IMG/VR virus record: IMGVR_UViG_3300032156_000008 | Coordinates: 1-60,524 of that record | From: a virus | Lineage: Duplodnaviria > Caudoviricetes | DNA: 60,524 nt | Direction: 5' to 3' (one strand) | Part shown: positions 9,647 through 19,246 of the stretch, in pieces | Position numbering within the stretch: the stretch's first letter is position 1 | How the letters are laid out: each line of letters opens with the position of its first letter | Notes under the pieces: model-generated | Told to the model about the DNA's origin: nothing | What the model saw: only the letters and a program-made list of their open reading frames with translations | The model's database searches: none | Position numbers and translations under genes: made by a program

Positions 9647-9973
9647 TCACGCCATCTCCAGACGGCTCAGAGGCGGTCGGCCTCGGACCCGCGCCAGAGT
9701 GGTCAGCCTGCGGTCCATCGCGGCGAACCAGTCGCCAACCTTGGGCGGGATGCCGTAGGGGTGGCGCGGCTCGAGGGCGAGAGCGATCGCGTCTGCGAGG
9801 CTCACCCTGACGCCCGTCTGGTTGAGGGGCGGGACGACGCGGCGAGACACGAAGCGAGTCGGCAGAGACCCGGGCGGCCTCTTCGGACCCTGACCGAGGG
9901 GTGGCGCCTCCTCGACGCTGCGGTACCAGACGGGCTGGGTCACGTCTGAGTCTGCCCTCACGGACGACCTCAC
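9647..9973 (-). CDS. Hypothetical protein
   Basis: ORF track; coupled to the upstream small ORF by overlap. Confidence 0.45.
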   Translation of the reverse strand: MRSSVRADSDVTQPVWYRSVEEAPPLGQGPKRPPGSLPTRFVSRRVVPPLNQTGVRVSLADAIALALEPRHPYGIPPKVGDWFAAMDRRLTTLARVRGRPPLSRLEMA

Positions 9974-10106
9974 CTACAGTGGTGGCACTTCGAGCAGGTG
10001 ATCGCGAGCCCGCCCGCCGACCGCTCCAGCCGCCTCAGCGCGTAGTCTGGGTCTTCCCTCGCCTCTGGCGGTATCTCCTCCAGAGGACGGAACATCCTGT
10101 GGGGCG

Positions 10107-10571
10107 TCACGTCGGGGCCTCGCTCTTCGCGGGGAGAACGACAACGCCGATCGGGTTGGCCCCGTCTCCCGAGTGCTCGCGTCTCTCCGTCCACCTCGGG
10201 CGATCCCTGTTCATGAGGAAGAAGCGAAGCGCAGTCGTGTCGGGCGGTAGGACCCTCGTGGTCGAGCGGAAGCCCCCGTCTGCGGTCTCAGTCGTGTCGA
10301 CTACCTCCTGCCCGCCGAGCGCCCTCTTGTAGAGGACCCGGGCCAAGCGCCCGCAACTCTCGACTGCGCCCTCCTTGATGGCATTGGAGAATTCGTGCTC
10401 TTTCTTCGCCCACTCGTAGAGGGTCTCGACTGAGATCCCCATCGCCTCGGCCACTTCCTCGTTGGTATAGCCCGACCGCCTCATGCCCTCCGCCCACGCC
10501 GGGTGCAGGTCGGGGTCGTATGGGCTCGGGTGGCCACGGCCCCTCTTCTGGCCGTCCTCTCGCCTCACCAT
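10107..10571 (-). CDS. terS: Terminase small subunit
   Basis: GHPSPYDP, HTH (EEVAEAMGISVETLYEW), LYKRALG, PPDTTALRFFLMNR..W..R.EHSG; upstream of terL. Confidence 0.85.
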   Translation of the reverse strand: MVRREDGQKRGRGHPSPYDPDLHPAWAEGMRRSGYTNEEVAEAMGISVETLYEWAKKEHEFSNAIKEGAVESCGRLARVLYKRALGGQEVVDTTETADGGFRSTTRVLPPDTTALRFFLMNRDRPRWTERREHSGDGANPIGVVVLPAKSEAPT

Positions 10572-10593
10572 GGGAGAGGAGAGGCTCGCCGCC

Positions 10594-10604
10594 CTCATAT
10601 ACCC
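10594..10604 (-). promoter_or_regulatory. Putative TATA box for terS
   Basis: GGG-TATATGAG; the first T lies 30 nt upstream of ATG 10571. Confidence 0.4.
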
Positions 10605-10610
10605 AGCGAT

Positions 10611-11017
10611 CAGTCTGGGTAAACCATTGACGCGGCCTCTCTCCTCCGGCGATTTGTCAATGGTTCGCAGACGAGCGCAATCCCTTGCAGTAGAGAGCGA
10701 CCAGCACGTCTGGCCGATGCTGCCAGCCGTAACGGAGAGAGCCCCGCCCTCAGTCTGGACGTCTGGCGACCCCCCGCCACAATGGGTTGCAGTCTGGAAA
10801 CCATTGACACGAATGGGTCAGGCGTGGGGCACCCCACCCCCTCCACAGCGGGGGGGCGGACTCCAAGCCATTGTGACGTCAGTCTGCCGATTGACTGGAG
10901 GGGAGACGTAACGTCTGCTCCAGTCGTCAAAAGTAGAGGAAAGCCATTGTGACGCGCTCCTTGCGATTGACACTGTCAATCGCAAGTCGAGCGTCACAAT
11001 GGCTTTCCTCTACTTTT
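10611..11017. repeat. Non-coding region with iterated CCATTG(A/T) / CGATTGAC / CAGTCTG motifs; candidate origin or packaging site
   Basis: AAACCATTGAC at 10621 and 10798, inverted copy ~10656; AAGCCATTGTGACG at 10865 and 10941, inverted at 10992; CAGTCTG at 10611, 10751, 10790, 10880. Confidence 0.7.
10929..11017. repeat. 89-bp near-perfect palindrome
   Basis: 27-bp perfect outer arms (10929-10955/10991-11017), 5x5 mismatch, 12-bp perfect inner arms (10961-10972/10974-10985), 1-nt centre. Confidence 0.95.
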
Positions 11018-11147
11018 CTCGTCTGATCCAGACTTAACGTCTGATAGAGTGTCCCAAATCGTCTGAGGCCACAAGGGCTTGGAGATCGGGGGGTCGCTAT
11101 GAGCCTTTACTAGTAAAAAGAGGGGGGGGATTTGTTGTGTCTCGCCG

Positions 11148-12146
11148 TCACTTCTTCTTGACGACGGCGGACGCCCCGCCGATCTTGCCACGGATGACGC
11201 CGGCGCCCGCTCTGGGCGTGCCCGGGGGCGCCACGACGATCGGCCCCCTGGCGGGCGCCGCCGCCCCGATCACGACGCCCTTCTTCTGGACGACGGGCCG
11301 CTCGCCCCGAGCGGGGGCACTCGGGGCCTTCTTGGTGCCCTTCCCCTTGCGCTCGGAGCCCTCGCGCCACGTGAACCCACAGGCGTTGCAGTGCCAGATC
11401 TGGCTCTTCGTGCCGTCGGTGGTCGTGTAGGACCCCGACTTGCGGGTGTTGATCTCTCCGCACCGCACGCACGCGGGGTGTTGGTAGTCTCCCTTCTTCG
11501 ATGCCTCGGCGGGCGCCACCGCGGGCGCGCGCCCCTTGCCTGTCTTCTTCGCTGCCATAGTCTGTCCACCCGATCGGGCTCGGGTAGTTTCCCTTTGGGA
11601 GCCATCGGGACTTATACTCTTCTTCTCTCCTTGCGACTTGTCCACCGCGAGCCCGACGGCGAGGACGTGCTTGCACGGCACCCCGCCCCCGTATCTCGTG
11701 AAGTCGTAGCAGTCGCAGGTCAGGGCGACGCCGTCGGGGTTGGTGACGCTGTGCGCCTCCGACCCGGGGGCGCTCTGCACCAGCCACGAGTGCTTCGTGA
11801 CGGCGCTCACGAGCCCCGCCGCGACGATCTTCTGCGCCCTCTCGGCCTTGACCGACTGCCTCTCGGCCATCACGGCCCTCTGCGCGACCTGCTTCTCGGT
11901 CAGTGGCCTGCTCGCCTGCTCGCCGCCGAGGGACTTCTGCCCCGCCAGCGGCACGGAGGTGTCGAGCAGGCTCAGCACCGGCCTCGGCGAGAGGAACGTC
12001 GTCCGTGGCGTGAAGCTGTTCTCGAGGACCCTCTCCAGCCGCTCGGCCGGCACGGGCTCGGGACTTGTCTCGCCCCTCGCCGCCACATCGGCACGGATCT
12101 CCCGCAGCCTCTCGACGGAGACGCCCGTCCTGGACGACTCCGACAT
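11148..12146 (-). CDS. SWIM zinc-finger protein with a C-terminal zinc ribbon and basic tail
   Basis: TCDCYDF...CKHVLAV (SWIM); CVRC...CNAC; Lys/Ala/Pro-rich tail. Start uncertain. Confidence 0.7.
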   Translation of the reverse strand: MSESSRTGVSVERLREIRADVAARGETSPEPVPAERLERVLENSFTPRTTFLSPRPVLSLLDTSVPLAGQKSLGGEQASRPLTEKQVAQRAVMAERQSVKAERAQKIVAAGLVSAVTKHSWLVQSAPGSEAHSVTNPDGVALTCDCYDFTRYGGGVPCKHVLAVGLAVDKSQGEKKSISPDGSQRETTRARSGGQTMAAKKTGKGRAPAVAPAEASKKGDYQHPACVRCGEINTRKSGSYTTTDGTKSQIWHCNACGFTWREGSERKGKGTKKAPSAPARGERPVVQKKGVVIGAAAPARGPIVVAPPGTPRAGAGVIRGKIGGASAVVKKK

Positions 12147-12842
12147 GAGCTCAGTGAGCTCCTCCGCCCTGTTGATACTCTTCTCTGCCACTAGATCAGC
12201 CTCCTGACCAGCCTCGCGAGCGCCGACTCGACGGGCGGGTCGGCCGCTCTCCCGCGTCTCTCTATCTCCCTCTCTATAAGGGTATAGGAGGGGCACAGAA
12301 GCGCGCCCATGCCGCAGTCTCGCGTCATCGCCTGAAGTCCCTCCCCACCGTCGTGCCGCCGCTGAGCGGCCGCCCGGCTATGAACACCTGCGGGGGCTCC
12401 GCCCACTCTAGGTCGGCGTAGGCCGCGGGCGTCGGCCACAGCGGCCCGTCTCGCGCCATTAGTTCATCGCCCCCACGCAGTCCACGATCTCGACGAGGGC
12501 CGAGGCCACCGCCAGACGAGACTCTTCCTCCCATCTGACGGCGAACTCGGCGCAGACGCCGTCGGGCCACTCATCTTGCGGGTCGAGCCCCCTCTCTGCC
12601 GCGAAGCACCGCTGGAACTCGACCAGTCGCCTGAGCAGCCCGATCGCCATCAGCGCCCCCCTCGGAGGCCGGACCTCGAGGGCGAGGCCGACGCCTTGCC
12701 GAGCGTCTTCGCCACGGCGGACCTGTTCGCGCGCAGCCGCCTCGACGCCCACCAGAGGGACGCGAGGAGGACGGCGAGGCACCCGACCGTCAGGGCCAGA
12801 GCGCCGTCGATCCAGTAGTCGCCGACGTAGACGATCATGGTC

Positions 12843-14396
12843 TCACCGAATGAGGATGCAGTTCCCCGACGGGGCGCAGTATGTGCCCGTCGCCTCAACC
12901 ACGTCGCCGTCCGTCAGCCTCAGAGATATCGCCACGACGCCGGGGTTCGACGCGTAGTAGGCGCGAATCTCGTCTATCGTCGCGTGCCTGAGATCCCAGA
13001 CGTCATAGATGGCGTGGCAGCACGTGGTGAACCGCGGCCCGGCCGCGCTGTACTGGTCGGGGCTCGCCGCGTCGTTGACGAACATCTTGTCCGCCGAGAG
13101 GACGCGGGCCGTGACGGGGTTCTCCGCGTCCGTCCCCGACAGGATGACGACCCACTGGGTGTTCTCCACGTCGTGCGGGCTCGACGCCTCGTCGATGAGC
13201 ATCATCGCCCCGCCGCTGGCGTCCACCCCGCCGCGGCCGTTCGCCACGGTCGTGAGGGGGTGCGCGTGGACGGGTCCGACGCGCGCGCCGTCCGGCCTGA
13301 TGATGGTAATGAACGCCTCCGTGGCGTTGCTGGTGAACCACGAGTATCCGTGGTACGTGCCGTTCGTGACGACGTGGAACATCCACTGGACGTAGCCGGA
13401 GCTCAGAGTCCCGTCCCCGAGCCCGTCGCCGGTGGCCCCGCCGCCGCCGATCGGCACCCCGTTCGGCACGCAGACGTTGTCGACGTTAGTGTAGCCCTCG
13501 CCGCACACCACGGGGGTGGGCGTCGGGGTGGGCGTCGGCTCGACGCACTGCCCGTCGACGCATATCCGGTCGCCGACGCAGGGCGTGCTGGGACAAGTCC
13601 CCGGCTGGGGGCCGACCCTGTAGTAGCGGAAGGCGATCGTCTGGCCGCACTGGTCAGAGGTCAGCCTGAATCCGCCCGGAGTCTGCGCGGTGTACGCGGG
13701 GTCGAGGGCGTGGTCGACGACCGTGACGTAGCTGTTCTCGTCCGACGGGGCGTTCCAGTGCTCCTCGTGCCAGACGAAGTCCCTGCCGTGCCACCTCAGG
13801 CGCCAGTATGAGCCGCTGGTCACGTAGCCGATCTCGATCTCCGTGGGCGAGCCCTGCGCGGAGGTCACGACCGATCGGTCGGTCACAGTCTCCGCCTGAG
13901 TGTAGTGGTGCTCGACGTGGGACTTGTCGCACTGCTGCTCCGTGATCGGGGTCGAGTCGTCGCCCCTCGGGCAGGAGTGGTCGTCGTCGATGGTCTTCAC
14001 GCAGTCGGTGCCAAGCAGGGTGTACCCGCTCGGGCACGTGTAGGTCGGGGCCACGTCTGGCTTGTGGCTCTTCTTGCACACGCCGCGGCTCAGGGCGTAT
14101 CCGCTCGGGCATGTCGCCGTGGCGTCCCTCGAGCACGTATATCCAGTCGTGACCGTCTTGTAGTGGTCGCACACGACGACCGGATTGTCGACGGTGTCGA
14201 TCCTCACCTTCGTGACGCTATAGGAGAAGACGTGCGTGTCGGCGATCGGGTTGTGAAACGCCGGGTCGCCCGTCACGGCGACGCTAATGGTCGCGTCACA
14301 GTCTCCCCCGAAGAAGCGACCGAGGCACCCGCAGCTCACTGCCGCGAGGGCGACGACCACCACGACGAGGGCGACGCTGATAAGTCTGTTCTTCAT
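12843..14396 (-). CDS. Secreted or membrane-anchored cysteine-rich protein
   Basis: N-terminal hydrophobic signal ending SCGC; TCPSGYxL...C repeats; PTPTPTPTP linker. Confidence 0.75.
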   Translation of the reverse strand: MKNRLISVALVVVVVALAAVSCGCLGRFFGGDCDATISVAVTGDPAFHNPIADTHVFSYSVTKVRIDTVDNPVVVCDHYKTVTTGYTCSRDATATCPSGYALSRGVCKKSHKPDVAPTYTCPSGYTLLGTDCVKTIDDDHSCPRGDDSTPITEQQCDKSHVEHHYTQAETVTDRSVVTSAQGSPTEIEIGYVTSGSYWRLRWHGRDFVWHEEHWNAPSDENSYVTVVDHALDPAYTAQTPGGFRLTSDQCGQTIAFRYYRVGPQPGTCPSTPCVGDRICVDGQCVEPTPTPTPTPVVCGEGYTNVDNVCVPNGVPIGGGGATGDGLGDGTLSSGYVQWMFHVVTNGTYHGYSWFTSNATEAFITIIRPDGARVGPVHAHPLTTVANGRGGVDASGGAMMLIDEASSPHDVENTQWVVILSGTDAENPVTARVLSADKMFVNDAASPDQYSAAGPRFTTCCHAIYDVWDLRHATIDEIRAYYASNPGVVAISLRLTDGDVVEATGTYCAPSGNCILIR

Positions 14397-14668
14397 GCTA
14401 TCTGTCCTGCGAGGGCGATCTCCCTCGCGTCCCTCTCGAGTCTAACGGCGTCGAGAGCCGCCGATGCCTTGGTCAGTCCAGCCTCCAGCGCCGCGAATGG
14501 GTCGAGCCCCTCGCGGGCCAGAAGGACGGCGACGAAATTCGCGCCGTCGTTCAGTCGGCGGGCGAGGGCCTCGGGGTCTAACCCGTGCGCGGCGATCGCC
14601 CGTCTCGCGTTCTCTTCTCTTGTCATCGGATCTCCCGTGGTCCGCCCCTCGCGCGCTCCCGCGTTCAT
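14393..14668 (-). CDS. Hypothetical protein
   Basis: ATGA-coupled ORF in the accessory gene string. Confidence 0.5.
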   Translation of the reverse strand: MNAGAREGRTTGDPMTREENARRAIAAHGLDPEALARRLNDGANFVAVLLAREGLDPFAALEAGLTKASAALDAVRLERDAREIALAGQIA

Positions 14669-14865
14669 CGAGGCGCCACCCGCGAGGGCTCGGACTCGTC
14701 TCCACCCTCGGTGTTCTCGTCCGGGCTGTAGAATGCCGACTGGGGCACGTCGGCGAGCCAGACCCTCCGGCAGCCGAGGCACCGCGCCCGAAGGACCACT
14801 CTGTCCTCGAGCACGTCGGCGCTCCTTATCGACAGTGGCTGGCCGCACGTCGGGCAGGCGACCAT
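14665..14865 (-). CDS. Small zinc-ribbon protein
   Basis: CPTC...CLGC. Confidence 0.55.
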   Translation of the reverse strand: MVACPTCGQPLSIRSADVLEDRVVLRARCLGCRRVWLADVPQSAFYSPDENTEGGDESEPSRVAPR

Positions 14866-15017
14866 CTACTGGCCCTCCTCGCAGTGGCACTCTTCGTTCG
14901 GCTTCCCACAGTAGGCGCAGTAGTTAAAGTAGGCGTTCGTGTCGACGTCCGGACCGAGGCACGCGCCCTCGTGCCCGTCGCCCTCCCCGCCGCATATCGG
15001 GCAGAAGTCGCCGTCCA

Positions 15018-15587
15018 TTATCGCACCCTCCAGAGGGCGGGGCCTCCGCCCCGCCGCGGCCTGATGAGCTCGAGGGACGAGTCCCTCACGGAGATCTCCG
15101 CCGCCCCGAAGGGCATCTCGACGGAGTAGTGGAGGGCCTCCTCGGCCCCCCTGTGGCCCCCGGCGATGACCCCGGGCGGATGGCCCTGTCCCACCCAGCT
15201 GTCGCCGAAGAAGACGACGTCGCCCATCCTGACCTCCTCGCACGACGCGTGGGCGCCGATCGGCTCGGGCATCTCCATCAAGACGATCGCCCCCGGGTAG
15301 TCGAGGGTGTGGTCGGGCACCCCGTTCGAGTCGCCCTTCACGCCCCCGCAGCCACCGCAGACGAGGTCGATGCCGCCCCGCCTCGGCACGAGGGCGAACA
15401 GCGCGTATCCGCACTCGGCGCAGGTGACGGCCCCCGAGGGGGCCACGGGCTCCTCGTCGTGCTCGTGGGGGCTCATCCTCGCCTCATACCTCTCGAGCTC
15501 AGCCCTCGTGCAGTCGATGGTCTCCCTCACCACTCGGCGGAGCTCGGCGCCGTCGGCCTCTATCGTGTAGTCTGTCATCTCGATCAT
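15018..15587 (-). CDS. Hypothetical protein with a zinc ribbon
   Basis: CAEC...CGGC; overlap-coupled. Confidence 0.55.
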   Translation of the reverse strand: MIEMTDYTIEADGAELRRVVRETIDCTRAELERYEARMSPHEHDEEPVAPSGAVTCAECGYALFALVPRRGGIDLVCGGCGGVKGDSNGVPDHTLDYPGAIVLMEMPEPIGAHASCEEVRMGDVVFFGDSWVGQGHPPGVIAGGHRGAEEALHYSVEMPFGAAEISVRDSSLELIRPRRGGGPALWRVR

Positions 15588-16033
15588 CCGAACGCCCCCG
15601 GGAAGTCGACGCCCTCGAGGTCCGAGGTGGCGTTCTCCAGCTCGTCGGCGATCTCGAGCAGCCTGCTGTGGTAGTCCTCCACGCTCTCGCCCTCCTCGGG
15701 CTCAGGCGCGGCGTCGAGGTCTCCGACGGTGCTGGCGATGTCCTCGAGGGAGCTCGCCGCCTCGTCGACGCGCTCATACTTGCTCGTCGTCTCGAGGTTC
15801 GTGCCCGACATGTTGTCGCGCCACGACTCCATCTCCTCCTGAAGGGCCTCGATCTCGTCGGACCCGACGCTCTCGAGGGCCTGCTTCGCCTGAGCCACCA
15901 CGTCGGCCATCGGCCTGAGGAGATTGCCCTCGTGGTTCTCGTAGATGTCTATCTCCCTCAGGGACGACGCCGCGTCGTAGAGAGCGCCAGCGGCCTCGGC
16001 CGCCCTCGTCGCCCTCGACTTGTACTTGCTCAT
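15584..16033 (-). CDS. Acidic alpha-helical hypothetical phage protein
   Basis: EEMESWRDNMSGTNLE..SKYE segment; start at ATG 16033 overlapping the upstream stop. Confidence 0.65.
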   Translation of the reverse strand: MSKYKSRATRAAEAAGALYDAASSLREIDIYENHEGNLLRPMADVVAQAKQALESVGSDEIEALQEEMESWRDNMSGTNLETTSKYERVDEAASSLEDIASTVGDLDAAPEPEEGESVEDYHSRLLEIADELENATSDLEGVDFPGAFG

Positions 16034-16920
16034 TCCTCTTCCTCCGTGGCCGCCGCGATCGCCCTCAGGATGGGTTCCATCTTCCTCTGGATGACCCCTC
16101 GGTCGGCCTGTATCTTCTGCCGCACCTTCTCCCACGCGTCGGCGTCGATGTGCTCCTCGACGGCGTCGCGGACTATCTTCTGGAGGACGTTCGGCTCCAG
16201 CGCGTCGAGCTCGACGACGTCGCGACCGTGCTGGGCGATGAACTTGCTGGCCCGGGCGTCTGTAGTCTTGACCGGCGCGGGGGGCAGCTTGTAGTCGGTG
16301 ATCTGGCCCTTCGTCAGGGCTATCCTGTGGACCTTGACGTGGGGAGCCCCGTATTCCTTCAGTCGACGGGTCAGGTCTCGGGTGATGTCGAGTCCCGACG
16401 GGTCAAAGTCGCCCGCGTAGATGATGATGGTGGGCTTATCGTCTGGCACCGCCGCGAGCCTGTCGACGGCCCTCTTGACGTAGGTGTAGGACGAGTACCC
16501 CCGCCCGACGCACGTCGTGACGCGGAGGCCGTCCGTCGCCGCGCGGAACAGGCGGCTGAGGGCGTCCTTCTCGACCCATACCTCGACGTATTCGGGCTGG
16601 TCGGCCCACATCTCCCTCGTGTAGCCGCTCTCGATGCTCTGGAGGCTCTCGAGCTTCGTCTTGATGAAGTCCTCGGGCGTCTGGTAGCCCCAGTCTCCGC
16701 CGTAGACCTCGCGCCCGCGGTCCTCCATGATATTGTCGTCGACCTCGCCCCTCTCCCTCGCGGTCACGAGGGTGCGGCTGAGGGACTTGTAGGAGTTCAG
16801 GTTGTTCGGGATGAGGTTCCTCGCGACCAGTCGATAGTAGATCTGACGGAGGGTCATCCGAGTGCGATACTGCGCCGCGATCTCTATGACCGCGCCGACT
16901 ATTTCTTCGTAGTCTGCCAT
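16030..16920 (-). CDS. Topoisomerase VI-A/Spo11-like wHTH + TOPRIM protein
   Basis: TLRQIYYRL, VEVWVEKDAL, GRGYSS, GDFDPSG, ELDAL motifs. Confidence 0.85.
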   Translation of the reverse strand: MADYEEIVGAVIEIAAQYRTRMTLRQIYYRLVARNLIPNNLNSYKSLSRTLVTARERGEVDDNIMEDRGREVYGGDWGYQTPEDFIKTKLESLQSIESGYTREMWADQPEYVEVWVEKDALSRLFRAATDGLRVTTCVGRGYSSYTYVKRAVDRLAAVPDDKPTIIIYAGDFDPSGLDITRDLTRRLKEYGAPHVKVHRIALTKGQITDYKLPPAPVKTTDARASKFIAQHGRDVVELDALEPNVLQKIVRDAVEEHIDADAWEKVRQKIQADRGVIQRKMEPILRAIAAATEEEE

Positions 16921-17114
16921 TCTCAGAACCTCCCGACGGTGCCCAGTCGGGTCATTAGCTCGGTGTATGCGTGATCGAATCGCATGCTGGACAGGAGGGA
17001 GTCTTCCTCCGTGTATCCGCGTCGGGCCATGATCCTGTTGGCCCTCTCGGCGGCGCGGTTGAAGGCTGACGCATGACTGCGGACCCTGTTCAGGTAGTCT
17101 CGCGTCTGAGTCAT

Positions 17115-17372
17115 TCAGAGCCTCCCGACGGCGTCCCCGTGGATCGACTGGTGGAGGGCGCGGGCGTAGGAGATAGTCTCCGCGAGCTCGCGGTCGCCCT
17201 CGACGGCGCGGGCCAGACTGGCCTCCGCCGCTCGCCTCAGGCTGGACCCGTCGGCGAGGATGTGGGCCGCGCAGACGGTCATGTTCTTCTCTCTCAGGCC
17301 GCACGGGCCGGCGCCGTGCAGGCAGCTGCCGCAGGCTCCCGGCCCCTCTTGGTTCGTCTCAGTGCTTCGCAT
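17115..17372 (-). CDS. Hypothetical Cys-containing protein
   Basis: ORF directly downstream of a strong TATA-like element. Confidence 0.5.
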   Translation of the reverse strand: MRSTETNQEGPGACGSCLHGAGPCGLREKNMTVCAAHILADGSSLRRAAEASLARAVEGDRELAETISYARALHQSIHGDAVGRL

Positions 17373-17401
17373 AAACACCGAAAGACAGGTCTACTCGTGC
17401 G

Positions 17402-17415
17402 CTTATATACCTTCC
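17402..17415 (-). promoter_or_regulatory. Putative archaeal BRE-TATA promoter
   Basis: GGAAGG-TATATAAG in an intergenic gap, 37 nt upstream of ATG 17372. Confidence 0.55.
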
Positions 17416-17496
17416 TGCGACTCGCCATCCTTGCGACCCTGCGCGCGGCGCGGCGCCCCCGGGCCTCCCTCTGACGGACTTGTCGACCCGCCGCAC

Positions 17497-17895
17497 TCAG
17501 TCTTGAACATCCTTCCTCCATCTCAGGGTGTGCGTCAGGCGGCACTCCCCTCCGTGCTCGGCCTCCATCAGTCTGGCGATCGCCGTCGACCGCCTCGGGT
17601 GGGCCTCGACAGCCTCGCCCCTCGCGAGGGCTCCGAGGATGTCCGAGTCGGCCCGTCCGAGCAGGGCCATGATCGTCAGCTCCCTCTGGCGAGCGAGGGT
17701 CTTTAGTCCCTCCAGACGCCTGATCGGAACTCCGTCCCCCAGAAACCTCTTGGCCGCGTCCTCGGGGTCGGACCCCCTGAGGAGGAGGTCGTCGAGGCAC
17801 TCCGCGTCGTAGTCGTCCACGCGGCCCATCCTCCTCGCGGCCCTGACGGGGTCCTCACCCTGTAGGAGCTCTTCGACCGAAAGGCCGAACCTCAC
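17497..17895 (-). CDS. Hypothetical protein
   Basis: ORF track. Confidence 0.5.
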   Translation of the reverse strand: MRFGLSVEELLQGEDPVRAARRMGRVDDYDAECLDDLLLRGSDPEDAAKRFLGDGVPIRRLEGLKTLARQRELTIMALLGRADSDILGALARGEAVEAHPRRSTAIARLMEAEHGGECRLTHTLRWRKDVQD

Positions 17896-18095
17896 GGAGA
17901 ATCACCTTCTCGCACCTGTATCCGTCGTGCACGCAGTGGAACCCCGCCCTGCCGACGTCCTCCGCTCTTATCCTGAAGTCGAAGACGTGCTCGGGGGTAG
18001 ATGGGCAGACGAAGCGAACGTTCGGGTTCTTCGGCGGGGCGGCCGAGCGCCGCACCTTGGGCTTCGGGCGCCATAGTGTCTTCTTCCTCCTGCGC

Positions 18096-18548
18096 CTACC
18101 GCCCATCGGGCGCCCCCGGCTCCTTCTTTTTCAGCGCGAGGGGGTTCGTCAGTACGTAGTCGCTGCACGGCACCACCGTCGTCGTTCCCGACGCCCACGG
18201 CGTCAGCCCCGGCGGGCGGTTCCGCTCCTCGACGAGGGCCGCCAGCAGCACGAGGTAGTTCCTCGCGTCGGAGATCCTCTCGGCGAGGGTCTCTCCGCCG
18301 GGCCTCGCCGAGTCCAGAGTGGCGGACTTGTCGCCCATGACGGCCTCGCTCACCGCCTGCACGTGCTTCATCAGGAGGACGAGGCACACGCCCTCGGGCG
18401 TCGCCCCCCGGCCCAGCGCCGTCGCCGTGACCTTGAAGTTTCGGAGGACGTCCTCGCCCCCCGCGTACTCGGCCCTCTTGCTCACCAGCAGCGCCCTCTC
18501 GGCGCCCTCCAGCCGCCCGTAGACGGCCTCAAACTCCTCTCTCCTCAT
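18096..18548 (-). CDS. All-alpha nucleotide pyrophosphatase-like protein (Nmad1/DUF1599-like)
   Basis: SKRAEYAG..D.LRNF, LLMKH, ERISDARNYL pattern. Confidence 0.65.
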   Translation of the reverse strand: MRREEFEAVYGRLEGAERALLVSKRAEYAGGEDVLRNFKVTATALGRGATPEGVCLVLLMKHVQAVSEAVMGDKSATLDSARPGGETLAERISDARNYLVLLAALVEERNRPPGLTPWASGTTTVVPCSDYVLTNPLALKKKEPGAPDGR

Positions 18549-18853
18549 GGTCCACCCGTGAGATTGACTCCGTAGTTCAGGCCCGGGGTCTCCCACTCCT
18601 TGCAGTTGGCGAACAGGGACCTGAGCTTCTGGTCACACTGGGCGTTCGCCTGCTGAATCCCCTTGGCCTCCCCGACGGCGTAGCCCTGATCGTAGATCTG
18701 CTTGACCGCGATGGCGGTGCCGTCCGTGGCGACCCGCCCCCCAAGGTAGAAGGCCCCCGCCATGCCCCCGATGAACATCAGGAGGACAATGTAAACCTCA
18801 TACCTCTTCGCGCCCGTGAGGGCGTCATATCTTCCCCATGCCATTCCTCTCAC
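18545..18853 (-). CDS. Small membrane protein
   Basis: Single hydrophobic helix VYIVLLMFIGGMAGAFYLG. Confidence 0.55.
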   Translation of the reverse strand: MRGMAWGRYDALTGAKRYEVYIVLLMFIGGMAGAFYLGGRVATDGTAIAVKQIYDQGYAVGEAKGIQQANAQCDQKLRSLFANCKEWETPGLNYGVNLTGGP

Positions 18854-19134
18854 CTTCGGAACCCGAGACGGCCCAGTATACCGGGTCGCCTCTTTGCGCG
18901 AAGCTGCTTTTCTCGCTTTCTCTCTTCAGTTATTATGTCGTCGAGGTTTTCCCTGACGTCTGCTTCCTCTTTGACTCGGGCGAGGTGCTTTCCCGAGGCG
19001 AACTCGCGAAGCCCCTCGATGAAGTCGCAGCCCCATCGGGAGCATCGCACAACACCATGCCCGGCCTCCAGCGAGTCCCCGCACGTCGGGCATTTCCCGA
19101 GACCCTCTTGCTTCTCTCCTGCGTCAATCGCCAT
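18850..19134 (-). CDS. Zinc-ribbon hypothetical protein
   Basis: CPTC...CSRWGC. Confidence 0.5.
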   Translation of the reverse strand: MAIDAGEKQEGLGKCPTCGDSLEAGHGVVRCSRWGCDFIEGLREFASGKHLARVKEEADVRENLDDIITEERKREKQLRAKRRPGILGRLGFRR

Positions 19135-19246
19135 TAGCCGCTCCTCCTTAGCTTCATAGTCAGCCGCCGCACCGGGTCGGGCGCCACGTAGGTGGGGCAC
19201 CCTCCCTTCGGCAGCCTCTTCGCGTCGCGCCGACGCTGCGCTCTGC

